Of a stretch of 55,435 bases of DNA, positions 27,532 through 35,047 are shown one piece after another. Both the position numbers and the translations under genes were made by a program. The stretch's first letter is position 1. Each line of letters opens with the position of its first letter. The notes under the pieces are model-generated. The model saw nothing but the letters and a program-made list of their open reading frames with translations. It had not been told where the DNA came from and ran no database searches. The stretch comes from a virus (taxonomy: Duplodnaviria > Caudoviricetes): positions 1-55,435 of the IMG/VR virus record IMGVR_UViG_3300019880_000002. One strand, written 5' to 3'.

Positions 27532-28026
27532 ATGACAACTCCAAACTTCGACGACACCGAGACCAAGTCGGAAGAGGCTGACCTTGATGTTGAGGTCAAC
27601 GACGACGACAACCTCGATGTGGACGTTCCGGATGACACCGATGACGCCCCCAGCGAGACCGTTGCCGAAGCCAAGCCTGCGAAGGCCACTGGTACTCCTC
27701 GGACGAAGGCGCCTGAAGGCTTCGTGAAGCCCGTTGAGTTCGCGAAGGTCCTCTCGGCGCACCTCGGCAAGACCGTTCCGCCGCAGGTGGTGTACTCGTA
27801 CATCAAGAACAACTCCGGTGAAAGCGCTCGCAACCCGTTCCCCGTGCACGAGCTCGACGGGTACGCGTGGTACGTCAAGCCCGAAGAGGGTCTGGCGTGG
27901 TGGGACGCAAAGAACGGCCGTGTCGCGGCGTCCAAGGAAGAGCGTGCTGCGAAGGCAGCCAAGAAGGCTGCAGCGCCTGCCGCTGAGGCTCCGGCCGATG
28001 AGACCCCGGCTGTTGAAGCTGAGTAG
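27532..28026 (+). CDS. Putative DNA-binding protein (acidic N-terminus, HTH-like core, Ala/Lys tail)
   Basis: VKPVEFAKVLS...VPPQVVYSYIKN; strongly C/G-ending codons; own promoter. Confidence 0.8.
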   Translation: MTTPNFDDTETKSEEADLDVEVNDDDNLDVDVPDDTDDAPSETVAEAKPAKATGTPRTKAPEGFVKPVEFAKVLSAHLGKTVPPQVVYSYIKNNSGESARNPFPVHELDGYAWYVKPEEGLAWWDAKNGRVAASKEERAAKAAKKAAAPAAEAPADETPAVEAE

Positions 28027-28037
28027 TACATAGTAAG

Positions 28038-28161
28038 GTAGGATCCGAAACCAGCCGTGAGGGCGTCCAATCGAATTGGGCCGGATCTACGAGCACAGCC
28101 AAGCTATTCCATTACCGTATCAGCCTCCCAAAGACTGAAGGAACCGGAAGCTTGGCTGTGC
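28038..28161 (+). ncRNA. Structured intergenic RNA (two stem-loop domains)
   Basis: GTAGGATCCG/CGGATCTAC multibranch; 13-bp GCACAGCCAAGCT/AGCTTGGCTGTGC. Confidence 0.45.
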
Positions 28162-28195
28162 GTAAATATAACTCCACTCATCAAGGAGAATACCA

Positions 28196-28266
28196 TGCCG
28201 AGAAGTAGTCTGGTGACTACGCCCTTTTGAGATTGGGATAGGTGGGTTCGATTCCCACCTCGGACT
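28196..28266 (+). ncRNA. tRNA-like RNA 4 (degenerate anticodon arm, 6-bp D stem)
   Basis: CCGAG/CTCGG, GTAGTC-TGGT-GACTAC, T-arm GTGGG-TTCGATT-CCCAC. Confidence 0.65.
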
Positions 28267-28296
28267 CTGCTACGTTAGCATTGGGTATACGACCAT

Positions 28297-28531
28297 ACCT
28301 GGCTAGCGGGTCCATTACAAAGCAGCTGCCTCCCGCGGCGTACGAAGTGAGCTAGGGAGATGGACGAAGTGAGGAGACCAAGCCAGGTTAGGACGGCCTC
28401 ACATTTGAAATGGTAAGGCCCTGACGTGGAGTGGAGTCGACAGAATACCACGCTGGAACTTGATCTTCGCATCCAGCTAGGACCCCTAAAAGGGTCGGTG
28501 GGAGACTGAGAAGCGTTGAAGCGTCAGGGCC
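28297..28531 (+). ncRNA. Large structured non-coding RNA candidate
   Basis: ACCTGGCT/AGCCAGGT enclosing GTCCAT/ATGGAC and CTCCC/GGGAG; GGCCCTGACG/CGTCAGGGCC enclosing three hairpins; no plus-strand ORF in the track. Confidence 0.55.
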
Positions 28532-28549
28532 GAACCTCCAAGGAGTAAT

Positions 28550-29104
28550 ATGGAATACACAGAGCCTTCATGGCAACGTCAGTTTGTGTGGAGCCCGTCT
28601 GGTAGGTTGATCTCGACCTGGAAGTCCGACGGGTACGGGCTTTACAATACAAACGACTTCAAGGCCATTAGCCACGAGATCGATGCCCTTAGGGATTCGA
28701 TTGTTGCCTCCTTTAGCAGGCCGTGGCCTACCTCCAAAAACGATAAGGGTGAAAAAGTGGGAGTATATACCGACCAGATGGACATCGGTACCGAAGTCGA
28801 TACCGTCGTGATGGACAAAGTTCGGCAGGCGACGATCGACAAAGAGGTCGCCAAGAAGATGACCTTCATCGAAGCGTACGGAAACGATCCATTCACCAAC
28901 GGAGACGTTCTTCGCTTCACGAAGCGTTTCGCAGTTGGCGCTCCCGATGGATACTTGTACGCAGCCATCAAGGTGGATAAGTACTGGTACACAACGGGCC
29001 CACGTGGTGCGAAGTTCACGTGGGACGAGTTCGTTGCCTGGCTCGTTGCAGGTAGCAACCCGGTCACGTTCGACGAGATCGAAAGCATGACGCCTTCGTA
29101 CTAG
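28550..29104 (+). CDS. Hypothetical protein
   Basis: AAGGAG RBS; YLYAAIKVDKYWYTTG motif. Confidence 0.8.
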   Translation: MEYTEPSWQRQFVWSPSGRLISTWKSDGYGLYNTNDFKAISHEIDALRDSIVASFSRPWPTSKNDKGEKVGVYTDQMDIGTEVDTVVMDKVRQATIDKEVAKKMTFIEAYGNDPFTNGDVLRFTKRFAVGAPDGYLYAAIKVDKYWYTTGPRGAKFTWDEFVAWLVAGSNPVTFDEIESMTPSY

Positions 29105-29110
29105 CACGAC

Positions 29111-29209
29111 AGGGAAGCTCACGTAGGGCACGGTAAAGCATCAGGCGAGAAGGCCGACGGGTCGCGTCGAGTCAGATGTCCAGGAGGTTCGAATCCTCCA
29201 TTCCCACGT
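29111..29209 (+). ncRNA. tRNA-like RNA 5 (extended arm)
   Basis: GGGAA/TTCCC, T-arm GGAGG-TTCGAAT-CCTCC, long arm GCATC...CGACG-GGTCG-CGTCG...GATGT. Confidence 0.6.
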
Positions 29210-29262
29210 AACAAGCTTTACTGGAGGGTGAAAGGTGCGCGGGTGATGGCGCGGCACCACAT

Positions 29263-29318
29263 GAAAGGGGTCGGCTGAGTTCGGCAAGCAGCTGAACAAG
29301 GTCGGCCCCTTTCTTTCT
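29263..29318 (+). terminator. Intrinsic terminator-like hairpin
   Basis: GAAAGGGGTCGGC/GTCGGCCCCTTTC followed by TTTCT. Confidence 0.6.
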
Positions 29319-29410
29319 GCGTCTTAAACGATCATGCGCCACTAACCTGATCCCGCCCTGTGGGTATCTGATCAACATGTACCGGTTGCCAAGGGTCATC
29401 AATTCGTTCC

Positions 29411-29442
29411 CTTGTAGTCAACACGGTATCCTATAGTATAAT
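29411..29442 (+). promoter_or_regulatory. Early/middle promoter
   Basis: CTTGTAGTC...TATAAT with a 19-nt spacer. Confidence 0.75.
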
Positions 29443-29459
29443 AAAGGATGGAGGTAAAA

Positions 29460-29675
29460 ATGTTGAAAGATCAGCTCCGTCTTAGTGAAGAAGATGCAGA
29501 ACTACTCGACGAGATCCTCGAGCAGAGTATCACCATCGAGGAAGAAGTCCTCGACACGGTGATTGACCAAGATCAAACTCCTGATACCATCGAAGGGTTC
29601 ATGGAGGTAGTGAGCACACAACAAGAGCGCATTGCACTACTGAGGCAGATGCGAGAGCGTTTAGGGGGACAGTAG
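29460..29675 (+). CDS. Hypothetical acidic protein
   Basis: GGAGGT RBS. Confidence 0.75.
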   Translation: MLKDQLRLSEEDAELLDEILEQSITIEEEVLDTVIDQDQTPDTIEGFMEVVSTQQERIALLRQMRERLGGQ

Positions 29676-30154
29676 TGCCAATTGATGCACGGACAGCAGA
29701 GCCAACTGACCCATTACCGGGTGACCTAACAGTTATCCCGGCCATGTTCGAGCATGCGAAGCTAGTTTACAACACCATGCTCGAGACAGCAAAGTTGGAT
29801 CCTGAGAACAACCTACCAACGTACGAAGGTCACTTGACGAACTTATTCAAGGGTCTTCGTCTTAGTGTTCCGTATTACACCACGATCAAGAACATGCTTG
29901 TCCAGATGGGTTGTATCGAACAGACCCGTCGTGGAGGAGGTAATGGAACGAGCAAGTGGGTACTATGGAAGCCTCCAGAACTTGAAACTTGGAAGGCAGC
30001 CGAGTTCAAGAACCCTCGGCATGGCAACAAGCAGACACGTACGGAGCAAATGGTTAAGGACTTGACGACCCGAATGAGGGAACTCGAGAACGTAATCATG
30101 AAGCAGCAAGACCAACTCAACGCACTAAAGGAGTGGACAAAGTTCAATGTCTGA
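29675..30154 (+). CDS. Putative winged-helix protein with C-terminal coiled coil
   Basis: LSVPYYTTIKNMLVQMGCIEQTRRGGG helix-wing pattern. Confidence 0.6.
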   Translation: MPIDARTAEPTDPLPGDLTVIPAMFEHAKLVYNTMLETAKLDPENNLPTYEGHLTNLFKGLRLSVPYYTTIKNMLVQMGCIEQTRRGGGNGTSKWVLWKPPELETWKAAEFKNPRHGNKQTRTEQMVKDLTTRMRELENVIMKQQDQLNALKEWTKFNV

Positions 30155-30500
30155 ATCAGTACAGACGACACTGGAGGAAGCTAGCCGCTGCCCGAAGTGC
30201 AACGAGGTCGGGGAGCTCCTCAAGAAGACACCAATCGCATCGCGATCTCCTAACGGAGCTCGACGTGAGGTGACTATTGGAGCACAACTTCACCACTTCA
30301 TGTGCATGAACACACGATGCAAGTGGTACAATGAAGTATGTCGACTCGTCCAGGTCAACCCTGATGGGTCGATTCCGCCGCCACAGGTGAAGAGGATCAA
30401 AGAGTTCCCGGTTGTGCCTGATCGTACGAGGGAAGTCAACGACGCGCTCGAACGTCAATTGCGTCTGGAGCTTGAAGGTGGCGCTGAGGTCTCACGCTAA
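30147..30500 (+). CDS. Zinc-ribbon protein
   Basis: CPKC...CMNTRC. Confidence 0.7.
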   Translation: MSESVQTTLEEASRCPKCNEVGELLKKTPIASRSPNGARREVTIGAQLHHFMCMNTRCKWYNEVCRLVQVNPDGSIPPPQVKRIKEFPVVPDRTREVNDALERQLRLELEGGAEVSR

Positions 30501-30586
30501 GAGACCTTAGTTAGACAAACAGCTAGGTAAAGTATTCTAAACACCAGATTCCTTTGGTCTAATAGCTCGTCTCTTAGGTCTTTTCT
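30497..30586. repeat. AT-rich palindromic element, copy 3 of 4
   Basis: CTAAGAGAC...TTAGAC...GTCTAA...GTCTCTTAG nested inverted repeat. Confidence 0.75.
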
Positions 30587-30670
30587 ACTAGTCTATAGCT
30601 TTGCTAGCTTAGGATTACGTTGACCTTGACGAGCTATTATACGAGTGGTATCCGGACGAAAGAGGGTAGC

Positions 30671-31180
30671 ATGGCAACGCGCCGTGAGATGGGATTGTCT
30701 GCTCGATCTGACATGAACATCCTTAGTGCTGGCTGGGCCGAAGTCTTCATGTCAGGCAACGAAGCTGAACAGACTAGCAAGGTAGCACAGGATATGTTCC
30801 ATTGTCCTCCCGGGCTTCGTAGCTTTCTCGAAGACGTAATCGAAGAAGGAATCGATCATGTCAATAGTGACATCACTCGGATGTACGAGAGTGGTCAACT
30901 TGAGGCTGGAACCGAAGAAGCATATAACCAGATCATGTACAGATTGGTTCATCTCACACGCTTCGTTAGCACTAGGATGTACGTACTCGGTCAGCACATG
31001 GTAACACGTTTGCCTTTTGACAAACTGACTCCGTGCCCATGTGACGTGTTGTACGAAGATGAGCTGGAAGACTTCTTGAAGCAGGCTTCGTACAACATGC
31101 AAGGCTATCGGAAGTCATTGAGAGGGGATGGGTTCGTAATCTTGAACTGGAACCCTGACAAGAAGCCGGAGCAGACATGA
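30671..31180 (+). CDS. Hypothetical protein
   Basis: ORF with a GAGGG RBS. Confidence 0.7.
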   Translation: MATRREMGLSARSDMNILSAGWAEVFMSGNEAEQTSKVAQDMFHCPPGLRSFLEDVIEEGIDHVNSDITRMYESGQLEAGTEEAYNQIMYRLVHLTRFVSTRMYVLGQHMVTRLPFDKLTPCPCDVLYEDELEDFLKQASYNMQGYRKSLRGDGFVILNWNPDKKPEQT

Positions 31181-31323
31181 AGCGTTGGATAAACCAGTAC
31201 TTCTATTCGTGTGGACTCCTACACTTGATTGGCAAACGGGCCTGGCCGTGGAATGTACGTATCGCCTGGTCTGAAGCCGGAAAGCGTTTGGAGAAAGCAC
31301 GTAAGCAGGGCTGGAGAGTGTGA
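31177..31323 (+). CDS. Small basic protein (48 aa; not in the ORF track)
   Basis: ATGA overlap upstream and overlap with the helicase start. Confidence 0.5.
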   Translation: MKRWINQYFYSCGLLHLIGKRAWPWNVRIAWSEAGKRLEKARKQGWRV

Positions 31324-32843
31324 TGAAGTTATACCCGTTTCAAAAGGACATGGTTGATAAGTTTGAATACGTTCCAAGTGTCCTTTGCGGGGATGACATG
31401 GGTACCGGCAAGACGTTCGAAGCCCTTGCATTGGACCTACGTAGACGAACAAAGCAACTAGACGGATACAAACAGACAGACTGTAAGACGTTAATTGTTA
31501 CACCGTCAACAGTTATGTCGTCGTGGGTTGATCACATCAAAGCCATTTGGCCCGGAGCCAAGGTAGCCGTGATCAACCCAAAAAGTCGAGGCGTCCTGAT
31601 CGCACAGCTTCAGGACAACTACCATTACTACATCATCCATTGGGAAGCACTTCGCCTGATAGATGAACTACGAGACGTTCATTGGTGGCACATCATCGCC
31701 GATGAGGTTCACCGCGCCAAGAACCGTAAGGCGCAACAGACACAAGCATTGTGGAAGCTCAAGACCAGTTACAAGACAGGCTTGTCTGGCACGCCAGCAG
31801 ACAATGCACCACAAGATCTATGGGCCATCTTGCACTGGTTGTACCCAAGGTATTGGTCAAGCTTTTGGAAGTTCAACAACTACTACGTCAAGATCCAAGT
31901 ACACACCAAGGGAGCCTGTACGGCCTTTACCATTAAGCCAGATGGCGAACAGGAGATGTGCGGAGGGTATCACAAGAACGGCTACCAAGCAGTAGTAGGA
32001 GTAGCTCACGTCGATGAACTCATGTCGATAATAGAACCCTACTACCTTCGTAGGCTTAAAGAAGACGTCATTGGAGACCTTCCCGACAAGTACTATACGG
32101 AGATCAAGGTCCAGCTTGCGCCAAGGCAACGTCGCATTTACGATCAAATGCGTTCGAACATGTTGGCTTGGGTAGGTAAGCACGAGCACGAACCAATCGC
32201 GGCTCCGATCGTAGTCGCACAGCTAGTTCGATTGAAGCAGTTTGCTCTAGGCTATGCAGAGCTAGAGACATTCAAGAGGAAGAACCGCGAGACAGGCATT
32301 GTAGAAGAACGTCAACGTGTCAAGCTGTCGGAGCCATCATCCAAGCTTGATGCAGTCATGCAGAAGATCGAGGACAACCCCAATAGGCAGGTGGTGGTAT
32401 TCAGTGAGTCGAAGCAAATTATCAATTTGTTTTCAGTTCGCCTACAAGCCGCCAGGATTCCACACGTTCTCCTCACCGGTGATACTCCGCAGACAGATCG
32501 GGGTGGTGTGGTGGATAGTTTCCAAAGAGGGACTGCCAGAGTTTTCGCTGGGACAATACATGCTGGTGGCGAGGGAATTACACTCACGGCCAGCTCCACA
32601 GTTATATTCCTTGACAGGACGTGGAACCCTTCGAAGAATAGGCAGGCTGAGGATCGTTGCCACCGCATCGGTCAGACGAATGCAGTCGAAGTAATCGACA
32701 TCATCGCAGATGATACAGTTGATCGTGGACGTTTGCAAACGATCAAGCTCAAGTGGTCGTGGCTCAAGCAACTGCTAGGCGACAAGACAGTGGAGAACGA
32801 TGACGACCTACACACCAACATGGACGAGCACGCATCGAAGTAG
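31320..32843 (+). CDS. SNF2-family DNA helicase
   Basis: DDMGTGKT, IIADEVH, LSGTP, QAEDRCHRIGQ. Confidence 0.95.
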   Translation: MMKLYPFQKDMVDKFEYVPSVLCGDDMGTGKTFEALALDLRRRTKQLDGYKQTDCKTLIVTPSTVMSSWVDHIKAIWPGAKVAVINPKSRGVLIAQLQDNYHYYIIHWEALRLIDELRDVHWWHIIADEVHRAKNRKAQQTQALWKLKTSYKTGLSGTPADNAPQDLWAILHWLYPRYWSSFWKFNNYYVKIQVHTKGACTAFTIKPDGEQEMCGGYHKNGYQAVVGVAHVDELMSIIEPYYLRRLKEDVIGDLPDKYYTEIKVQLAPRQRRIYDQMRSNMLAWVGKHEHEPIAAPIVVAQLVRLKQFALGYAELETFKRKNRETGIVEERQRVKLSEPSSKLDAVMQKIEDNPNRQVVVFSESKQIINLFSVRLQAARIPHVLLTGDTPQTDRGGVVDSFQRGTARVFAGTIHAGGEGITLTASSTVIFLDRTWNPSKNRQAEDRCHRIGQTNAVEVIDIIADDTVDRGRLQTIKLKWSWLKQLLGDKTVENDDDLHTNMDEHASK

Positions 32844-33249
32844 TACAGGATACGGCCCCAAGCTCAATAACGGAACCCTGATTGGTGAGTATAAACTCAT
32901 AACAAAGATGGACCTCGGTGAAGAGTACGAGGTCAAGATCGTGTTGGAGATGGGCAACGAGACTACCTACGGAGATCTTCCATGGGTACTCTCGTTGCCC
33001 TTTCCTGCGCTCTTAGTAAGGGGGCATGCACTTTGTAAGCGAGGGTTATATACAGCGTATGGAGCTGTGCCCTTCTTTATCGAATCTCGTCATGATCGCT
33101 TTACGCTTTGCGGATACAAGCAAGATGGCAAGTTCTTACAGTACAAGGACTCGGTCGGCCCTCTCAAGCCTCTCACTTGGCGAACAGCTGACAGGCTTGA
33201 GATTGAATTGTACATGATAAGGAGACCTTATGCACCAGTACTTCCATAG
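32800..33249 (+). CDS. Stand-alone paralogue of the tail receptor-binding head domain
   Basis: TYTPTWT...NGTLIGEYK...TTYG..PWVLSLP matches the C-terminus of 52726..53781. Confidence 0.7.
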   Translation: MTTYTPTWTSTHRSSTGYGPKLNNGTLIGEYKLITKMDLGEEYEVKIVLEMGNETTYGDLPWVLSLPFPALLVRGHALCKRGLYTAYGAVPFFIESRHDRFTLCGYKQDGKFLQYKDSVGPLKPLTWRTADRLEIELYMIRRPYAPVLP

Positions 33250-33535
33250 CAGTGGCATAACTGATCTCGATGCAATTCACAAGGAAGCAATGTATCGACT
33301 CATAGATAAGAAGTACCCCGAAGAGTCACTCATTCATTTGCACCCCAAGTACGTCAAAGGGATAAGTAAGGATATTCCTTGCGAGGTCACAACAGTTGAT
33401 CGCCTTAGGGACGAAGAGGATCTGAAGAAGGATCCAGATCACGAGTGGATCCTCTTCAGCAGAATCGATCCGGCATATGTACATCCTGGTACAGGAGCTC
33501 TAACCTGGAAGGAGAAAGATGCTGGGTCCGAGTGA
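33230..33535 (+). CDS. Hypothetical protein
   Basis: AAGGAG RBS. Confidence 0.7.
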   Translation: MHQYFHSSGITDLDAIHKEAMYRLIDKKYPEESLIHLHPKYVKGISKDIPCEVTTVDRLRDEEDLKKDPDHEWILFSRIDPAYVHPGTGALTWKEKDAGSE

Positions 33536-33725
33536 TGATGACGACCGAATCTGTGTGAACGCTACAGCTATCTGCACGTCAGAGAATGAAGTCGCAAGAG
33601 TAGCTGAAGTGTTAGCTCGAGCTGTAACTGGCCTAGCTCTTGAAGGCATAAACATCAATATGGGGTTCGTTCGAGTACCTGCCGACGAACCAATCGGACC
33701 ATTTGGACCTATCAATGGAGCCTAA
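33519..33725 (+). CDS. Hypothetical protein
   Basis: AAGGAG RBS. Confidence 0.7.
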   Translation: MLGPSDDDDRICVNATAICTSENEVARVAEVLARAVTGLALEGININMGFVRVPADEPIGPFGPINGA

Positions 33726-34134
33726 CAGTGGAGCTACTCCTCAAACTTACAGCCCTCGCTTTAGGAATCTGGATACTACTACTAGCGACGTTTCTTGGTA
33801 TCATCATCGTCAAGGGAGGCAAGCGTACCGAATGAGCATCGAAAGCAATACCATCCCTGGAGAAGTTGTACCAGATGGTTACCTCGAAATCAGGTTCCTC
33901 GAAACGTCCATGTTGTGTTTCAATTTCGAGGAGATCAAAGGTTGGCGTCTCGAGCACGGCTGGCTTCGAGTCTTCCTGAATACTCGTAACATAAGCTGGC
34001 CCTTCCATCGCATTGACACTGTCACAGTAGTATACAATTCGGCTGAAGTACAAGAAGCAATAGACGCTTCTAGAAAAGGTAAAGGTCCTACCGACACCTT
34101 CAGTTGTAACAAATGCGGAGGTGAAATCAAGTGA
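33715..34134 (+). CDS. Hypothetical protein (start could be 33832)
   Basis: ORF in an overlapping gene chain. Confidence 0.6.
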   Translation: MEPNSGATPQTYSPRFRNLDTTTSDVSWYHHRQGRQAYRMSIESNTIPGEVVPDGYLEIRFLETSMLCFNFEEIKGWRLEHGWLRVFLNTRNISWPFHRIDTVTVVYNSAEVQEAIDASRKGKGPTDTFSCNKCGGEIK

Positions 34135-34481
34135 AGTATGTCGTGTTGGAATTCGATAGCGATGACGATGCCGACGCGTTTGCGAGTACGATGCAAACCG
34201 TTCACGAAGAACCAACCCAGACCATCAGGGTGAGAGGCATCTTCAAGAAGCCTTCGCAGTTCTGTGAATGCCCTCCATCGAAGACAAGTGTGCGAGGACA
34301 GAAATGGGGATGGTGGATTCATAAGGACTGTGGTAAGCCAAAGCGTGGTCAGTGGCAACATGCTCGTAACCTCCTCGACCCGATTGACATCCCAGCAAGC
34401 GAGCGCAACATCTGGCTCGGAGTGGTAGAGGGAGGGCCCAAGTATGGTCGAACGGGTAGCTGGAAACCCTCGAACGTGTAG
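34131..34481 (+). CDS. Hypothetical protein with Cys/His cluster
   Basis: GGAGGT RBS; FCEC...HKDC. Confidence 0.7.
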   Translation: MKYVVLEFDSDDDADAFASTMQTVHEEPTQTIRVRGIFKKPSQFCECPPSKTSVRGQKWGWWIHKDCGKPKRGQWQHARNLLDPIDIPASERNIWLGVVEGGPKYGRTGSWKPSNV

Positions 34482-34676
34482 GTATTGTTCAGTTCAACTA
34501 AAGTGGAAAGGTGAGAAGTGGGTTGACCTTGAAACTTTAGCGGAGAAATGTCCTGAGTTCCATTGGGGACATCGACCCTCCAATGCACTTCGACCTGATC
34601 AGAAGAAAGCAATCGGACAGACGAATGTATGAATGCCGGTTGGGTTAGCAGCATCCCCACAGGGCCGAAATAGGAA

Positions 34677-34937
34677 ATGGATGAACTCTTGAATAAGAAA
34701 ACCATTGTCGGTTTGGGTTTGGTTGTTGTCGCTACATTGAGTGGTGCATCAGCTTGTCCTGAGCAAGGGCAGAAGCCAGAAGGTCCTCTCAAGACTTACC
34801 TCATCACACCTGCACCGGGAGCAATCGAGGGCCAGCCTTGCACTCGTGAGAGCCAAGAAAAGCTCGACGTTGGCTCTGGTGTGAACTACGTTTGTGCACG
34901 TGACATCTCGCGAGGATTGATCTGGAAGGTCCGCTGA
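34677..34937 (+). CDS. Putative lipoprotein/exported protein
   Basis: KKTIVGLGLVVVATLSGASAC signal-like sequence ending in Cys. Confidence 0.6.
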   Translation: MDELLNKKTIVGLGLVVVATLSGASACPEQGQKPEGPLKTYLITPAPGAIEGQPCTRESQEKLDVGSGVNYVCARDISRGLIWKVR

Positions 34938-34988
34938 GTTGAAGGCGTCTCAGAATCACAGACAGTGATATAGATGATTCTGAGACCC

Positions 34989-35020
34989 CTTGAGGTCAAC
35001 AGGGTGTTCAAGGGTATAAT
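34989..35020 (+). promoter_or_regulatory. Promoter of the replication/modification operon
   Basis: CTTGAGGTC...TATAAT with a 19-nt spacer. Confidence 0.75.
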
Positions 35021-35047
35021 TAAGTATAGTATAGGGGAGGTTAAAAA

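Noticed and set aside
28196-28266. tRNA-Sec
   Set aside because: The 6-bp D stem with a 4-nt loop is similar, but there is no TCA anticodon, long variable arm or extended acceptor stem
19329-31180. Lysogeny module
   Set aside because: No tyrosine or serine integrase, ParA/ParB or clear CI-like repressor was recognised
32800-33249. Diversity-generating retroelement template for the tail protein
   Set aside because: Similarity is at protein level only, there is no near-identical adenine-variable repeat, and no reverse transcriptase was seen
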